Positions 62,290 to 64,000 of a stretch of 64,000 bases of DNA are shown piece after piece; within the stretch, counting starts at the first letter, position 1; each line of letters begins with the position of its first letter. The DNA comes from Mobula hypostoma. Taxonomy: Eukaryota. The position numbers and the translations under genes are program-made. The notes beneath the pieces are model-generated. The model made no database searches. It saw only the letters and a program-made list of their open reading frames with translations, and was not told the DNA's origin. The stretch covers positions 120,964,001 through 121,028,000 of the forward strand of contig NC_086097.1 in the NCBI RefSeq assembly GCF_963921235.1, in the 5' to 3' direction.

Positions 62290-63110
62290 TAGATATGAAA
62301 GCGACAACAGAGGAGGAGAGTGACAGGGTTGTCTCTTGTCTTTGGATGATAATGTTGCTGGTGTATCCAAGTTTCCTGTGGTTTGCACTGTTCCTCCTGT
62401 GATTGTTCCTGAGTGCCTGATACATGAATCTTAAGCAAAATGTCAATTAATATTTCATTAGTTCTCTTCTTCTTCATCCAGGTCTGAAAATCAAATTGTG
62501 GCTTTTAGTCCATGTAGTCCTGTAGTCCTGTTGGGATTATTGTGTCAATACTACCATCAGGGAGGAGGCATATCCGTATTTTCGGAACAGCTTCTTCCCC
62601 TCGATATCAAGTTTCTGAACAGACACTAAACTAGCCAATGAACACTAACTCACTGTGTTTTGGCTCTCCTTTTGCACTACCTATTTAATTTAATTCTTCT
62701 ACTGTATATTTCTTATTTGTAATTTATATTATCATGTATGGTAATGTACTGCTGCCACAAAAAAGTTTCATGACATATGCCAGTGATATTAAACCTGATT
62801 CTGATTGTTTTTGAAGATTGTTATTGCCTTCTCGGTGCAGTAAAACACCTTCAAAAGCATCTTTGTGTTGAGTTATTTCTTCATGGTGATGCCGACATCT
62901 TGCTCTTCCAAGAACTTCTTTTGCTTGAGTTCCAACAGATCTTCCATCTGTGAGCTGATCACCTTGCAATTCCACACCATCCTGCTCTACTTCGTCAAAT
63001 CAAATCTCATTACCAACTTAAAGACAGCATGGAGACATGAACCCAAAGAAGTCTTGTATGCACTCTGCCCATTAATTCCACCATACACCATTCATTGTAT
63101 GCTGTCTTAG
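62290..63110 (-). mobile_element. Possible Tigger/pogo transposase C-terminal remnant, with a LINE-tail insertion at about 62545-62805
   Basis: Minus-strand FDEVEQDGVEL...LT.EDLLEL and an acidic SDLDEEEE tail; heavily frameshifted. Confidence 0.35.
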
Positions 63111-63116
63111 ATTATA

Positions 63117-63349
63117 CACTCAGAAGGCACTTCATTAGGTACCAACAATTACCGTGGCACCAATAGTCATTCCACAGTCAGTCACTTAGATCATATTTCT
63201 TCCCCATTCTGATGTTTTGGTCTGAACAAGTGATCCTCTTGGTAATGTCTGTGTACTTTTATGCATTGAGTTGCCACCATATGATTGGCTGATTAGATTT
63301 TTGCATTAATGAGGTGTACAGGTATACTTAATGAAGTGGCTTCTGAGTT
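63117..63349 (-). mobile_element. Short deletion derivative of the Tc1-derived MITE
   Basis: Both TIR-like ends present: CACTCAGAAGGCACTTCATTAGGTAC and TAATGAAGTGGCTTCTGAGT. Confidence 0.7.
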
Positions 63350-63403
63350 AGAATTAAAGTACTTTCTAAATGGTGAGAAACCAGTAGCAATAGAGTCTGT
63401 ATG

Positions 63404-64000
63404 AATAGAACATAGAATAGTACAGCACAGTACAGGCCCTTCGGCCCACAATGTTGTGCCGACCCTTAAACCCTGCCTCTCATTTAACCCCCCCACCTTA
63501 AATTCCTCCATCCACGTGTCTAGTTGTCTTTTAAATTTCACTAGTGTATCTGCCTCCACCACTGACTCAGGCAGTGCATTCCACGCACCAACCACTCACT
63601 GAGTGAAAAACCTTCCCCTAATATCCCCCTTGAACTTCCCACCCCTTACTTTAAAGCCATGTCCTCTTGTATTGAGCAGTGATGCCCTGGGGAAGAGGCT
63701 CTGGCTGTCAACTCTATCTATTCCTCTTAATATCTTGTATACCTCTATCATGTCTCCTCTCATCCTCCTTCTCTCCAGAGAGGAAAGCCCTAGTTCCCTT
63801 AATCTCTGATCATAATGTACAAACGTTTGTATATTCTCTAAACCAGGCAGCATCCTGGTAAATTTAATCTGTACCCTTTCCAATGCTTCCACATCCTTCC
63901 TATAGTGAGGCGACCAGAACTGGACACAGTACTCTAAGTGTGACCTAACCAGAGTTTTACAGAGCTGCATCATTACCTCGCGACTCTTAAACTCTATCCC
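63404..64000 (-). mobile_element. CR1 3' end, continues beyond the window
   Basis: ORF 63596-63973 reads LEYCVQFWSP...RGDMIE...FFTQ; tail CATAGAA. Confidence 0.95.

Noticed and set aside
1..64000. Prokaryotic RT-based systems (retron, DGR, defence RT)
   Set aside because: All RTs carry eukaryotic CR1, Rex1, Gypsy, Penelope, R4 or I-group signatures with tails, LTRs or TSDs. There is no operon structure.

Overview
This is eukaryotic, repeat-saturated, apparently intergenic or intronic vertebrate DNA. The mix of CR1/HER1-type LINEs, V-domain SINEs, Rex1, Penelope, R4/Dong, Nimb/I and Tc1 elements suggests a cartilaginous fish such as a ray (inference). I found no intact host gene; essentially every long ORF is a transposon remnant. 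The window is a stack of nested insertions, and many boundaries can be fixed by target-site duplications (TSDs). Main observations: (1) A complete two-LTR Gypsy element (40589-43495, minus strand, TSD CTTAC) has lost its RT/RNaseH/integrase core. In its place is an intronless ~530-bp fragment resembling the host splicing-factor gene RBM25 (RRM region), i.e. host-mRNA capture by an LTR element. (2) Several Penelope-like elements and mini-derivatives carry a minimal type I hammerhead ribozyme motif. (3) A Gypsy-RT/Rex1 chimera has a templated junction. (4) A four-layer nest runs CR1 > solo LTR > RNaseH-bearing Nimb/I LINE > CR1. (5) A hAT element sits inside an IR/DR Tc1 element. Family names come from motif recognition by eye, without database searches. 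Boundaries of old, decayed elements are approximate.
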